This document shows positions 1 through 11,974 of a stretch of 64,000 nt of DNA, in pieces. The stretch is from NCBI GenBank assembly GCA_965240325.2, contig OZ251224.1:2232001-2296000 (forward strand). Reading direction: 5' to 3'. Position 1 is the stretch's first letter; each line of letters starts with the position of its first letter. This stretch comes from Rebecca billardiae RCC1528 (lineage: Eukaryota > Protista > Haptophyta). The notes beneath the pieces are model-generated. The model ran no database searches. It was not told the origin of the DNA and saw only the letters and a program-made list of their open reading frames with translations. Both the position numbers and the translations under genes were made by a program.

Positions 1-1
1 C

Positions 2-523
2 GGCCGCGGCCGCGGCAGGGGCACGGGCGCAACGGACTCCATCGAGGAGTGGCTCGAGGGTGTGCCCACGGACATGACCTCCAAGACCAGCGAGTCGGTG
101 AAGCACTGCTTCAACTCACCTTTCAACACCATGACGAGGCACCTGTCGCCGTGGGATGGAGCGACGCAGACAGTCACGCTTGACATCGACGAGGCCAAGT
201 CGCGCGTCGACAACGCATTCCACGTTGGCTTCGATGAGGAGTACGAGGCGTCGATTTGCCTGCTGCTCAAGCGGCTGGAGATCCACTCGCCCGCGTGCGA
301 GTGCAACTCGGCTGCTCGGCTGGACCTGAAGAGCGTCAGCCCCAACGCGACGGCGTTCCAACCAGGCTACAATGATATGGAGCTCAACGACGCCGCCAAG
401 TCGAAGATCGCCTCGAACACAATGCTGGACACGCAGCTCTTCACGCACGCGCAGCAGCGCTTCCTGGATGATCTTGAGGACCACGGCATCGCGTGCCTGC
501 TCAGTCACAAGCCGAGGCCGTAG
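2..523 (+). CDS. 3' part of secreted sulfotransferase-fold protein, paralog A (5' end outside window)
   Basis: Near-identical to 7270-7770 (offset 7253 bp; 100-387 identical by eye). C-terminal sulfotransferase-family pattern FNTMTRHLS...AFHVGFDEEYEASICLL...KIASNTMLDTQLFTHAQQRF. TAG stop at 521-523. Confidence 0.75.
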   Translation, partial: GRGRGRGTGATDSIEEWLEGVPTDMTSKTSESVKHCFNSPFNTMTRHLSPWDGATQTVTLDIDEAKSRVDNAFHVGFDEEYEASICLLLKRLEIHSPACECNSAARLDLKSVSPNATAFQPGYNDMELNDAAKSKIASNTMLDTQLFTHAQQRFLDDLEDHGIACLLSHKPRP

Positions 524-972
524 CTAGGTAGTAGGTCCGATGTTGAGTCCGCGCCATAGTTAATGATCATCACTCACGTGCCATCGTGAGACAGATCGAC
601 GGCCGTGCCGCGGCGTGCCGGTGCCCGGCTTCCACTCATCAACTCACATCAAGTATATAGGGCTAGGCACTCCGCGTCAGGTCCTACTACAATCGGTCCG
701 TGTCCACCGTCACTCGGTGTCCAGCCCTTAAGTTATTAGTAGAACTATGTATGCACGGTCCGCACGGTCCGGTCTGTGTGACCGGTTGGCACGGAATCCG
801 GTCCGACTTAATTGGCTGACAGTGCGCTGTGCGGCTGGTCAGTGTCACTCGGCTCACTCGCCGCTCGCAGACGCAGTTGACCTGAGTCTATATCAGTTAC
901 AGTACGGCAGTGAACCTCAGCATCGTCACCGTGTACGGTGGCGTGTCCCGGTAAAATCACTAACACGCGGAG

Positions 973-1004
<32 letters not shown>
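973..1004. repeat. (CA)n(GA)n microsatellite
   Basis: Directly visible. Confidence 0.95.
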
Positions 1005-1571
1005 CCGATTTAACGACGTGGCAGCATCGGACAAGCGTCAGGCCCAGAGTGCAACAGACACATAGAATGCGTCCGCGCCTTCCGTCCAGGTCAGACAGTG
1101 CGCCACCCGCAGCCCTGCCCCCCTACGGGAGCGGGGCCGGGATGGAGCACCGCCTCGGCCTGGGGCACGCGGCGACGACGGCAGATGCCGCCGCGGCCGA
1201 GCGCCTTCCGGAGCACTTGGATGAGGGTGAGGTCGTAGTCGATGTCGCTGCCCGCCGACCTGGCGGCGAGTAGCTCCGGCAAGCGGCAGCCGCGGCTGTC
1301 GCCCCCGTGCGCCCGCGTGGGCGCCTGGATGAGGATGAGGTCGTAGTACGCGTCGCCGCGCGCCGGCCAAGCGGCATATATTAAGTATAACTGTACGCTA
1401 CTAATTCATAAACTACAGTAGTACTAAGCTACTGAGTCATTTCGGAGAAAGTACTCAGGTGATTGTGTGCGCGTACGGCCGAACAGTCATGCGCGGACTG
1501 GCTGAGGCCGAGTCATCCGTGCGGGCCATGCAGTGGCCGCCGCGCGCACTCAGTTTCGACGTTGTCGAATG

Positions 1572-2657
<1,086 letters not shown>

Positions 2658-2659
2658 CC

Positions 2660-2692
<33 letters not shown>

Positions 2693-2706
2693 TATATTAT
2701 ATATAT
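2660..2706. repeat. (TA)n microsatellite
   Basis: Directly visible. Confidence 0.9.
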
Positions 2707-3161
2707 GTCTAGCCGTCCTCGTGAACGCCGACGCCAACTGCTGGCCGAAGGTGGGCACGCCGCCTGGCATGTCGATGCCGAGGCGGCTGCGTGTGTTCCT
2801 ACTCAGTGGGATTTACGTGTCCTCATGCCTTGGCGAGCGGCAGCAGATGCGGTGGGCATGCCGCTCGCCGTCGACGAGTGCAAGCGACGCGCCACCCGCG
2901 TGCGAGCCGCCGCCGCCGGCGACGCAGGACGAGCTTGGCTGGAGCCATCTCGCACGCCGCGCCTGGCGAAGCAGGCGGCAGAGGCCGGCGCCGGAAACCG
3001 ATCTCCTGGTGGGCGGCAGAACAACCCGGACAGACTGTTTGTCCGGGAGCAGCGCCCTTTGAGGCGATGGTCTGGTAGAGGGCGATGTGGCTGATGAGCG
3101 GCGCTGGCGCCCGGCGTTCTTGTCGTCCTCTTAGACAATCAGTTATTGTACCAATAACCCC

Positions 3162-3315
<154 letters not shown>

Positions 3316-3980
3316 CGTCAAATTGTGAACGTTCCGACGGTCATCTGACTGACAGGCTGTGAGACTGATGACAAGTGACATCTAAATGATTATGTTTCAA
3401 ATCGCGCGCCGGTCGTCTGACTGACGCCAGTTATTCGTAAGTTACCCATATATGGGTGGGCATCAAGCGGTGGTGAGGTCGCCAAATCGCGTGGCATGGT
3501 CCGAGAGAAGGTTGTTCCTGCTAGCCCTGATCACCTCGCTAGCCCGTGTCGGAGTCGAAGATCGCCCCGCTGTTGGACGGCGGTCGCACGACTACCGCGC
3601 AGCCAACCTTGCTCGTCAGACCCACGGCGTGTGGGGTCAGACGGACCATTGTCAGGTCTGCACAATCGCAAGGCATGCCAAAGAGGTCAGCATGGCCATC
3701 AGAACGGTGATCCTGGCCGCCTACTTGCCCTTCCTTCCCATGCGCAGCCTCACGCGGTCCGGTCGTACGGGGACGTGGACGTGGCAGTGAGAGTGGTCGA
3801 TAAATTGAGCTTGAAGGGAAGCTATAACGCATACACACGCGCTCGTACGGCCGCGCTGACCGCGTACGCCACGTCCCGGTGACCTGGCCGTGGCGCTGGG
3901 GCGTTGCCCTCCATAAGGCTGTCTTGACGAAGCGGAGAACTGACGATACTGACTAGAGCGACACAGCCCCAGTATTCGCC

Positions 3981-6348
3981 ATGCGGGTAGCTCCCCAAAA
4001 CGACGAAACTTGAAAGCCAAGCGCGATGACGGACGTCGGTGCGCCCTCCTGACCGACCCGGCGCTGCCTCGCCGCTGCTTTCGAGGCATGGGGCGGGCTG
4101 GTGCACGCTCTGAGGGGCGACGATGAGGGTGAAGTGTATCGTCTGGCCGTACGGTGCGTCCGTGCTCACGCCAGCTGCCGTGGCGCGCTCTTGCAGCCGG
4201 CCGCGACAGATGTTTGCGAGATCTCTCGGCGACGGATGCGGGGCCGCGCCGGTGGGTACATTCGCGAGAGCGTGAGCGTTGGGTGCCTGTGGATTGCTCG
4301 GACGGGCATTCGTGCATCGGGACGCCACGTCCCGTCCACTCCAAGCTACTGGGCTCGACACTGCCCCGGCAGGAGCTGCCCTTGGCGCAGCTGATGCAAG
4401 GCCAGCTCGCAAGCGTGCATTCAACAGTGAGGGGGCCAAAAGCGGTGGGTGCGGAAGCCAGGCGACGTGCGCGTCTGTCCCGATCAGGAGTGATATGTGA
4501 GTCGCACCGCGATGGCGCCTTGCTGGCTGGCGGCACGGCGCTAAACGAGGGCTTGCGCGCAGCACCGGCGCAGAGCTCGCTGCATTGCTGCCGACAGCGC
4601 GGTATGCGGCAGCACCGCCTGCATGCTCGCTGGGCGGTGAGGTGGAGAGCACCCCTATGCCGACCTACTCCACCGCAGTCGTCCTTTTGGCGCGAAAGCA
4701 GTGGCAGCTGCTGCTGCGGCCGCTGCCAGCTGTGTGCGCAGCACTCCGAGCGCGCTGGGCTTCTGTCACCAGTGCTCCAAACTAGGTGTGCACTACAGCA
4801 GCCGTGCATCAAGTCGAATGCGGCCTCGACAACCAGCCTGCTGTGGCACATGTGCTGGAGGACTGCGTGCACTTACTCCAGCGCCATCTTCACCTAACCC
4901 GCTCCGGCCTCTGCCACCTTCCGGAGCTGATGGCGGCAGCACAGCAGGGGCAGCCCAGGCGGGCTGTACGCAGCACTCGTGCACTGGCGCCCGCAGTCGA
5001 TACGGTGGCACCGCGGCTTGATCGTGGGCTCGGCTTCGACCCGCGCCATGGCCAGCCTGGGGTCGAGCTCGTCGATCAGGGCACCGACAACAGTGCTCGG
5101 CAATACGGTTGCATCGCCTTCGGAGTAGTGAGTGCAGCGGCGGCGCGGCTTACGGCGTGTCAGCCAGTCGCGGTTCCGCGGGTGACCAGCTCAATGACGT
5201 GGCAGCAGTAGCGTCTACCTGCAACTGAATCTAGACTCGCCGGCGAGGTATACTCCATCAACTAGCAGCAGCTAGAGCATCACGCTTCAGGTAGGCGCCC
5301 AATTCAGATCCATCATCAGCGGCTATCGCCAGCATTCAGCAAGCGACGAGTCACTGGCCCGGCTTGGCCAGCCTTGAGCCTAGCGTGCCTGTGCTGCTCG
5401 TGCCGCCAACTGCTTGCTGGCCTCGCCGCTTGCCGCTTCACTTGTCACAACCCAAGCACTACCGCGCAGCGTCAGCAGCGCCCGACTTTCCGGTCAGACC
5501 TATGCGCTCCCAAGCGTGCCGTCCGGCCCACGCAGCCCATGACGCTTGCAGTTGACCGGACTGTGCTTTGCGTTGCGGAGCGCACCGCCGCCGAGCGGCG
5601 AGCCATGTGCTCGCGCCCGGATGAGCACAGCCTATGCCGCAGTTTCGTACCAATGACGCGTGCCTCATGGCGCCGCCTAGTCCCGCTCGGGATCCCGACC
5701 AGGTAGTGCTGCCTTGAGCATGAGACCACGTGCTGCTAATGGACGCCTAGCTTGTGCGCTCGTGTCGGCAGTCTCAACACGCCCATGTCTAGCGCCGTGC
5801 CAACAGCAAGGCGCCCTCGCGGTGCGACTCACATATCACACCTGATCGTGACAGACGCGCACGTCGCCTGGCTTCCGCACCCACCGCTTTTGCCCCCCTC
5901 ACTGTTGAATGCAAGCATGCAAGCTGGCCTTGCACCAGCTACGCCAAGGGCAGCTCCTGCCGGGGCAGTGTCGAGCCCAGTGGCTTGGAGTGGACGGGAC
6001 GTGGCGTCCCGATGCACGAATGCCCACCCGCGCAATCCACTGGCACCCAACGCTCACGCTCTCGCGAATGTACCCACCGGCGCGGCCCCGCATCCGTCGC
6101 CGAGAGATCTCGCAAACATCTGTCGCGGCCGGCTGCAAGAGCGCGCCACGGCAGCTGGCGTGAGCACGGACGCACCGTACGGCCAGACGATACACTTCAC
6201 CCTCATCGTCGCCCCTCAGAGCGTGCACCAGCCCGCCCCATGCCTCGAAAGCAGCGGCGAGGCAGCGCCGGGTCGGTCAGGAGGGCGCACCGACGTCCGT
6301 CATCGCGCTTGGCTTTCAAGTTTCGTCGTTTTGGGGAGCGGCCCGCAT
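3981..6348. repeat. Long inverted repeat: arms ~3981-4543 and ~5789-6348, ~1.25-kb spacer (foldback/Mutator-like element or inverted duplication)
   Basis: ORFs 3822..4652(-) and 5752..6363(+) share ~180 nearly identical residues because the two DNA arms are reverse complements (e.g. GCTCCCCAAAACGACGAAACTTG / CAAGTTTCGTCGTTTTGGGGAGC). Confidence 0.85.
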
Positions 6349-6492
6349 TCCTCCAACTACTGAGCCGACTCGGGTTCGTCAAGACAGCCTTATGGCTTCC
6401 CTTCAGAAGTGGGACGAAAGTACGAAACCGGAAACGGGGGAAACTTCTTGGGCCCCTGCTCCACCATCTCCGCCGGTGGGCGGCCGCCACCC

Positions 6493-7788
6493 ATGCTGTT
6501 GTACATCGCCGTCGCCGTCGCCGTCGCCTCGGCGCCGATCGCCCCGACTGATGCCGCCGATCACGCCGCTCTGAACGGCCACGCTGAGGAACGCGCGGCG
6601 CGCGTTCACGGCCGACTCCTGCAGTGGCTGCAGCGCGGCGGTGGCCGGGGCCGCGGCGGCGGTGGTGGCCGTGGTCGCTCCTCCGGCAAGGGCTGGGGCT
6701 CGCTCGGCGGCAAGCGCCGTGGCGGCGGTCTTTTCGGCGGCCGTCGTCTCGACAGCGACGATGCGGAGGGCTTCAGTAGCCTCTTTGGGGGCTCGGGCGG
6801 GAGCATCTTTGACCTGCTGCCGCCCGAGATGCAGCAGATGATCCTCGCAGAGTCGCGTCCGGACCCGTCGGGCCACCCGAACAAGACGGAGCCCGTGCTC
6901 TACTTCCAGCCGCTGTCCAGGGGGGCGAGTAGGGCCAAGTTCATCGTGGATGCCGTACACCTCACGGGCTCGCACGCGTGCGCCAAGGGCACGTTCTCGC
7001 AGCACCTGTGCACGGACGTCGCAGGCTTCATGCGCGGCAACTCTGTCAGCGACGAGATCCTCGAGACGCTCGTCGCGGCGAGCCGCGGCGGCTGTGGCTT
7101 CTCGTCGTGTGACATGAACATCAACCGCGCGATGGAGATCTCCGAGCTCGAGGCGGACCACCGGCTGCGGCTCCTCCTCCACTTCAGCGACCCGGAGGGG
7201 GCCGTGGTCGAGATGTACACGTCGTGCCCGCAGGACAACGCCCAGCAGCCGAGCCCCTCCGGCGACGGCCAGGGCACGGGCGCAACGGACTCCATCGAGG
7301 AGTGGCTCGAGGGTGTGCCCACAGACATGAGCTCCAAGACCAGCGCGTCGGCGAAGCACTGCTTCAACTCACCTTTCAACACCATGACGAGGCACCTGTC
7401 GCCGTGGGATGGAGCGACGCAGACAGTCACGCTTGACATCGACGAGGCCAAGTCGCGCGTCGACAACGCATTCCACGTTGGCTTCGATGAGGAGTACGAG
7501 GCGTCGATTTGCCTGCTGCTCAAGCGGCTGGAGATCCACTCGCCCGCGTGCGAGTGCAACTCGGCTGCTCGGCTGGACCTGAAGAGCGTCAGCCCCAACG
7601 CGACGGCGTTCCAACCAGGCTACAATGATATGGAGCTCACCGACGCCGCCAAGTCGAAGATCGCCTCGTACACAATGCTGGACACGCAGCTCTTCACGCA
7701 CGCGCAGCAGCGCTTCCTGGACGACCTCGAGGACCACGGCATCGCGTGCCTGCTGAGCAAGCCGAAGCCCGTAGGTCGAGTCCCATAG
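6493..7788 (+). CDS. Secreted sulfotransferase-fold protein, paralog B (PAPS motifs degenerate)
   Basis: Signal peptide MLLYIAVAVAVASA; RLLQW motif; Gly/Arg-rich linker; domain order matches Sulfotransfer_2/Gal-3-O-sulfotransferase-type proteins; GC3-rich codon usage. Confidence 0.75.
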   Translation: MLLYIAVAVAVASAPIAPTDAADHAALNGHAEERAARVHGRLLQWLQRGGGRGRGGGGGRGRSSGKGWGSLGGKRRGGGLFGGRRLDSDDAEGFSSLFGGSGGSIFDLLPPEMQQMILAESRPDPSGHPNKTEPVLYFQPLSRGASRAKFIVDAVHLTGSHACAKGTFSQHLCTDVAGFMRGNSVSDEILETLVAASRGGCGFSSCDMNINRAMEISELEADHRLRLLLHFSDPEGAVVEMYTSCPQDNAQQPSPSGDGQGTGATDSIEEWLEGVPTDMSSKTSASAKHCFNSPFNTMTRHLSPWDGATQTVTLDIDEAKSRVDNAFHVGFDEEYEASICLLLKRLEIHSPACECNSAARLDLKSVSPNATAFQPGYNDMELTDAAKSKIASYTMLDTQLFTHAQQRFLDDLEDHGIACLLSKPKPVGRVP

Positions 7789-8489
7789 TGGCTGCATCGT
7801 GAGCTCAGTTCGCACTGTTCAAGAGGTCAAGGACAAGGTGATGATCCCGTGCCCGTACGTGGTCGTGGCAGGAGCCCGCCAGGAGCGGATGCAGATGCTG
7901 ATCTGACTGACACTCGTAACACACTGTGAGTGTCAAGCTCATTGTCGTAGTAGTTTCACTGCTCCTCGTATACTATATGTATATATTGCGTTGATGAGTG
8001 CGCAATATTCCGTGCTATGTTTAGATTGTTTGTGTGTGTGTATATATATATTATTAATACATCATATATATATATATATATATGATACATATTAATCCCC
8101 GGACGAATTTCCTCCGTGCACGATTTTCTTTTCGTCATCTCCCGAGCAGGCGCTTGCCGCTTGGATGCAAGCAGTCCAACCGCCAGAAGAAGTGAAGTCC
8201 CGGGTACTACTCGCTGTCGTACCTGCCCTCCATGAACCGGCACGAGCCCGCTCGGCCCCTAATCCCGCTATAACCTATTGCTTTCGCCGCTGGCACCCGC
8301 AGGCAGAACGCAAGTAAATGTCGCAAGCCGCCGGTTACGTATGTCCGTTTTCCCTCGGCGCTAATAGTCTAATAACACGACCTATCAGTTTACTGGAGTA
8401 ACTATACCGTTTGGCTTGTGACCAGTGGTGGGACGACTCCTGCACCGCCCGCTCGTCCGCACGGACGACGCTGCTGACGACGTCCGCAG

Positions 8490-8562
8490 GGACACTGTGA
8501 TAAATAAGCCCCTCGGCGTGACCGGGGAACTGGTTAGGCGTCGGAATAAACATCATCATCAT
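8490..8562 (+). mobile_element. Possible 3' end of a non-LTR retrotransposon/SINE (stem-loop, AATAAA, (CAT)4 tail)
   Basis: Hairpin CCCCTCGG-CGTGA-CCGGGG at 8509-8527, AATAAA 8545-8550, CATCATCATCAT 8551-8562. 5' boundary not determined. Confidence 0.35.
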
Positions 8563-8596
8563 AACTTTGTCGTTTACTAATTGACGTCAGTTAATT

Positions 8597-8724
<128 letters not shown>

Positions 8725-8890
8725 TGACGTGATGAGCGGTGATCAGACTAAGCCGTAGTTTAATCGAGCGACAGATAATAATCGCTGCCAGCTAGTCCGA
8801 GTAGTCGGGCGCGCGATCACCAATACCATGACCGACGACTTAATACAGCATTCAGACAGTATAGTGACTAGTGTGATCCACTACGGTTAT

Positions 8891-9270
8891 GGCCCGCTGT
8901 GCAGGGCGGAGCGCGCAGCGTGGAGCCCGCAGTGAGGGCCCCAACCACGTTTCAAAAAGATCTTTGATCAAGAAAAAGGGGAGGCGGTTTTCAGGGCTGG
9001 AGGAGACCGAGTTTCGAATTTGGAGACCTCCTCTCGAGGTTGATTCGCCGACGAAAAGGGCACGTCCGCGGAGATTCCCAAGTAAGGCGAGCCGGTGTGA
9101 CGCCCGCCTGACAAAAAAAATCACGTCCTTTAGGATGCGTAACGTAACGAACCGTTACAAGCAATTTTTTCCGGCCAATGAGAGTGCCGCAAGGTCAAGG
9201 AGCGCCCACAGCGGGGGCTCTGCCCCCCTGCCGCCTGCGCCCCCCGCGCCTGCGCGACGGGCGGACCTAA
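8891..9270 (+). mobile_element. Left end of a DNA-transposon-like element, same family as 62397-63925
   Basis: GGCCCGCTGTGCAGGGCGGAGCGCGCAGCGTGGAGCCC...CAAAAAGATCTTTGATCAAGAAAAAGGGGA aligns by eye with 62397-62490. Matching right TIR not found; end approximate. Confidence 0.65.
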
Positions 9271-9951
9271 GATTCCTATGAAACTGAGACTCCGTAGGCA
9301 CTCGGGCTACCCAACAGCTAAGAAACAGAGACTAGCAGTGGGGGGCTCGGGTGACTTTTTATTGCATGCCCGCGATTGTCCAGGTAATCCGATTCCGAGT
9401 CAGAGCGCATTCAAGTAATAAGCTGCTAGTTACTACGACGTATAGACGTATCGCGGCCGGGCAGCGCGCCGACCCAGAGTCGGACCGTGACAATGTCACT
9501 CAGATGGGGGGGGGGGGCATAAATTTATTCAGCTTGACAGTCTTGCAGTCTAATAAGCAGGCGCCAGGGACAGGCAATGCCATGCCCATGGCGGCTGTCG
9601 ACGAAGACTGACGAGACACTTCGTGCACAGGAGTGTTCATGCAGCATCGGCGCACTTCACGATATCGTCCAGCTGAAGCAGCTGCCGCCCGACGACGCTG
9701 GAGTCGCGCAGCCGCGCTGCCGGAGTCGCGGCCGCTCGGGCAGAGGGAGTCGCGGCACAGTGGCACACCATGAGCAGCAAGTCGCGGAACCTAGTCGGAG
9801 CCCACAACTACCAGAAGGTTCGTCGCGCTCGCTGGAGTGTCTGGTGGTGCGAAGCGTCAGCCGCTGGCATCGCACCGCAGCCGATGACTCTGCCGACTGC
9901 CGACGGTACTGCTCCAGGCTGCTCTGGCGGCTGAGTCCGCTGAGTAGCCCT

Positions 9952-11733
9952 TCAGGGTGCCTTCGCATGCGTGGCGCTGATGAAGCCGTAGCCTGGCTTG
10001 GTGAGCAGGCAGCCGAGGCCGTAGGCGGTGATGTCACGGAGGAATCGAGAGCGAGCGTGCACGTACAACTCCGCATCGAGCAGAGTCAATGTCGCAATCT
10101 TGGCCTTTTCGGCTTGGGTGAGCGGCGTGCTCTGGCCATCGTCTTCAATCAGGGTGCGGTTGTACTTGGTGCTGCGCGCCAGCAAGTCCAGCACAGACTC
10201 CTTCGCACCACACACGCAGCCAGAAGTGTACTGGCCCATGCGCACGAGCAGCAGGCACACCGACGCCTCATACTCCTCCGCGAGGAACACGTGAAAGGCT
10301 GAGTCGACGCGCTGCTTGGCCACGCCGACATCAAACGAGACGGAGTCGGTGCCGGCATTGTACGGGGAAAGGCGCGACGTCATGATGTTGAATGGGTTGT
10401 GGAAGCAGTGCTTGAGTGAGGTGCTGGGCTTGATGTTCGTCGTCGCGGTTGACGTGCCGTCGAGCCAGCTCTCGAGGCTCATGGGCACCGGCGCCTTGTC
10501 GCCATGCCCAGGCTGAGCGTTGCTCTGCAGGCACTGCTTGTACAACTCGATCACTGCATGCTCGGGGTCTTGGATGCCCACGATGAGCTGCAGCCGGCGG
10601 TCGACCTCGAGCAGGGACAGCTGCATGGCTGTGTTGATGTTCATGTCGCACGACGTGATCCCGCAGCCGCCGCGACTCGCCGCAGCGAGCGTCTCGGTCA
10701 GCTCGTCCGCCACTGGGATCCCTTTCATGAAGGCGGCGACCTCCATGCACATGTGCATGGAGATCGAGCCGCGGCCGCACGGCCGGGTGTTCGTGAGGTG
10801 CATGATGTCCTCGAGAGCCTTCGTGTCCCTCCGCGTCTTGGCAAGCGGCTGGTAGTACAGCACGGGCTCGGACTTGTTCGGATGCCCACTCGGGTCTGGC
10901 CCGGAGAGGATCCCAATCTTCTCCCGCGCGGCCTTGGGCACGAGGTCAAAGAGGCTGATGGCTTCGAGCTGCGAAGCTGCGCCGCGAGCATGGCTCAGCT
11001 GCGCGCCCTCATCGGTGTCACCATTCCGGCCGCTCTTCCAAGAGCTGCGACGCGTCCGAGATGAAGTCGGCTGCGCGGCTGCAGTCGGCTGCGCAGCCGT
11101 AATGAGCTTCGTGCCGCCGCCGTTGTTGTCAAAGCCGCGCCCGCGGGCAGCGGCCCTGTCCCGACCGAGCGACGGTGCTCGCCGGTCGATGTCCAGCTGG
11201 TTCAGCAGGTCGTCGATGCTTTGCTCGTCCATGTTGGCCAGGCTGGCGGACACATAACTCGCCGCGGCCTCGCTACCAAACCTGCTGCCAGTCCGATACT
11301 GACGGTTCGGCGCCGCCACGCGCGTCTCGTCCAGAACGCCGCCAGTGCTCGCACGCTGGCGCAGGTGCGCGAGCCGATTCGTCAAGCTGCTTGTGGCGGG
11401 CTCGGGGGCGGCGATGCCGGCACGCGGGGCCTCGCTGAGGACTTGGTCACGCCCATCCCCGACGCCCGCCGGGACCGAGGCGCTGCCATCACTCGCGCCA
11501 TCCTGCTTTCGGCGCGAGTTCCACGTGAGCCACTGCAGGCGTCGAGACGGCGGGGCGGTGGCGTCCGTCTTGAGCACACCTTCGTCGCCTGCATGCGCGT
11601 CACCACCTGCGCGCAGCTCCGCCGCAGCGCCGACGGCGCCATCAGGCAAAGCGGCAGGCGACAGGACCGGCGCTGCCGCGCAGTTGACGACGAGGAGCGC
11701 GGCGGCGGCGGCAGCCACCAGGAGCGGTGCCAT
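9952..11733 (-). CDS. Secreted sulfotransferase-fold protein, paralog C (more diverged)
   Basis: Signal peptide MAPLLVAAAAAALLVVNCAAA; RRLQW; PDPSGHPNK-EPVLY, AASRGGCG..SCDMNIN, KHCF..PFN.MT..LSP, EEYEAS.CLLL all shared with paralog B. Confidence 0.8.
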   Translation of the reverse strand: MAPLLVAAAAAALLVVNCAAAPVLSPAALPDGAVGAAAELRAGGDAHAGDEGVLKTDATAPPSRRLQWLTWNSRRKQDGASDGSASVPAGVGDGRDQVLSEAPRAGIAAPEPATSSLTNRLAHLRQRASTGGVLDETRVAAPNRQYRTGSRFGSEAAASYVSASLANMDEQSIDDLLNQLDIDRRAPSLGRDRAAARGRGFDNNGGGTKLITAAQPTAAAQPTSSRTRRSSWKSGRNGDTDEGAQLSHARGAASQLEAISLFDLVPKAAREKIGILSGPDPSGHPNKSEPVLYYQPLAKTRRDTKALEDIMHLTNTRPCGRGSISMHMCMEVAAFMKGIPVADELTETLAAASRGGCGITSCDMNINTAMQLSLLEVDRRLQLIVGIQDPEHAVIELYKQCLQSNAQPGHGDKAPVPMSLESWLDGTSTATTNIKPSTSLKHCFHNPFNIMTSRLSPYNAGTDSVSFDVGVAKQRVDSAFHVFLAEEYEASVCLLLVRMGQYTSGCVCGAKESVLDLLARSTKYNRTLIEDDGQSTPLTQAEKAKIATLTLLDAELYVHARSRFLRDITAYGLGCLLTKPGYGFISATHAKAP

Positions 11734-11830
11734 CTCCCTGCCCTTTCTGCGGGCGCGGGTCGCCCGCCCCGGGCCCCGGCCTCCAGCTTGGATAAGTAGC
11801 TTACTGGTCGACAGTAACTAGTAACTACCC

Positions 11831-11974
11831 GGGTAGGGCTGGAGGCTTCGGCCGCCAGCCTGATCACCCCCACCCTGGCCAGGCTGGCGGCCGAAGCCTC
11901 CAGCCGAAGCCTCTCTCAAAAATGGCAAAAGACAAGGGTAGGGCTGGAGGCTTCGGCCGCCAGCCTGATCACCC
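11831..11974. repeat. 39-bp direct repeats with an intervening inverted copy; probable transposon end followed by AT-rich interior to ~12240
   Basis: GGGTAGGGCTGGAGGCTTCGGCCGCCAGCCTGATCACCC at 11831-11869 and 11936-11974; inverted 26-bp copy at 11880-11905. Confidence 0.75.

Noticed and set aside
1091-1282. GSDIDY as a nucleotidyltransferase motif
   Set aside because: Short fragment with no supporting fold context; likely chance or a decayed remnant.
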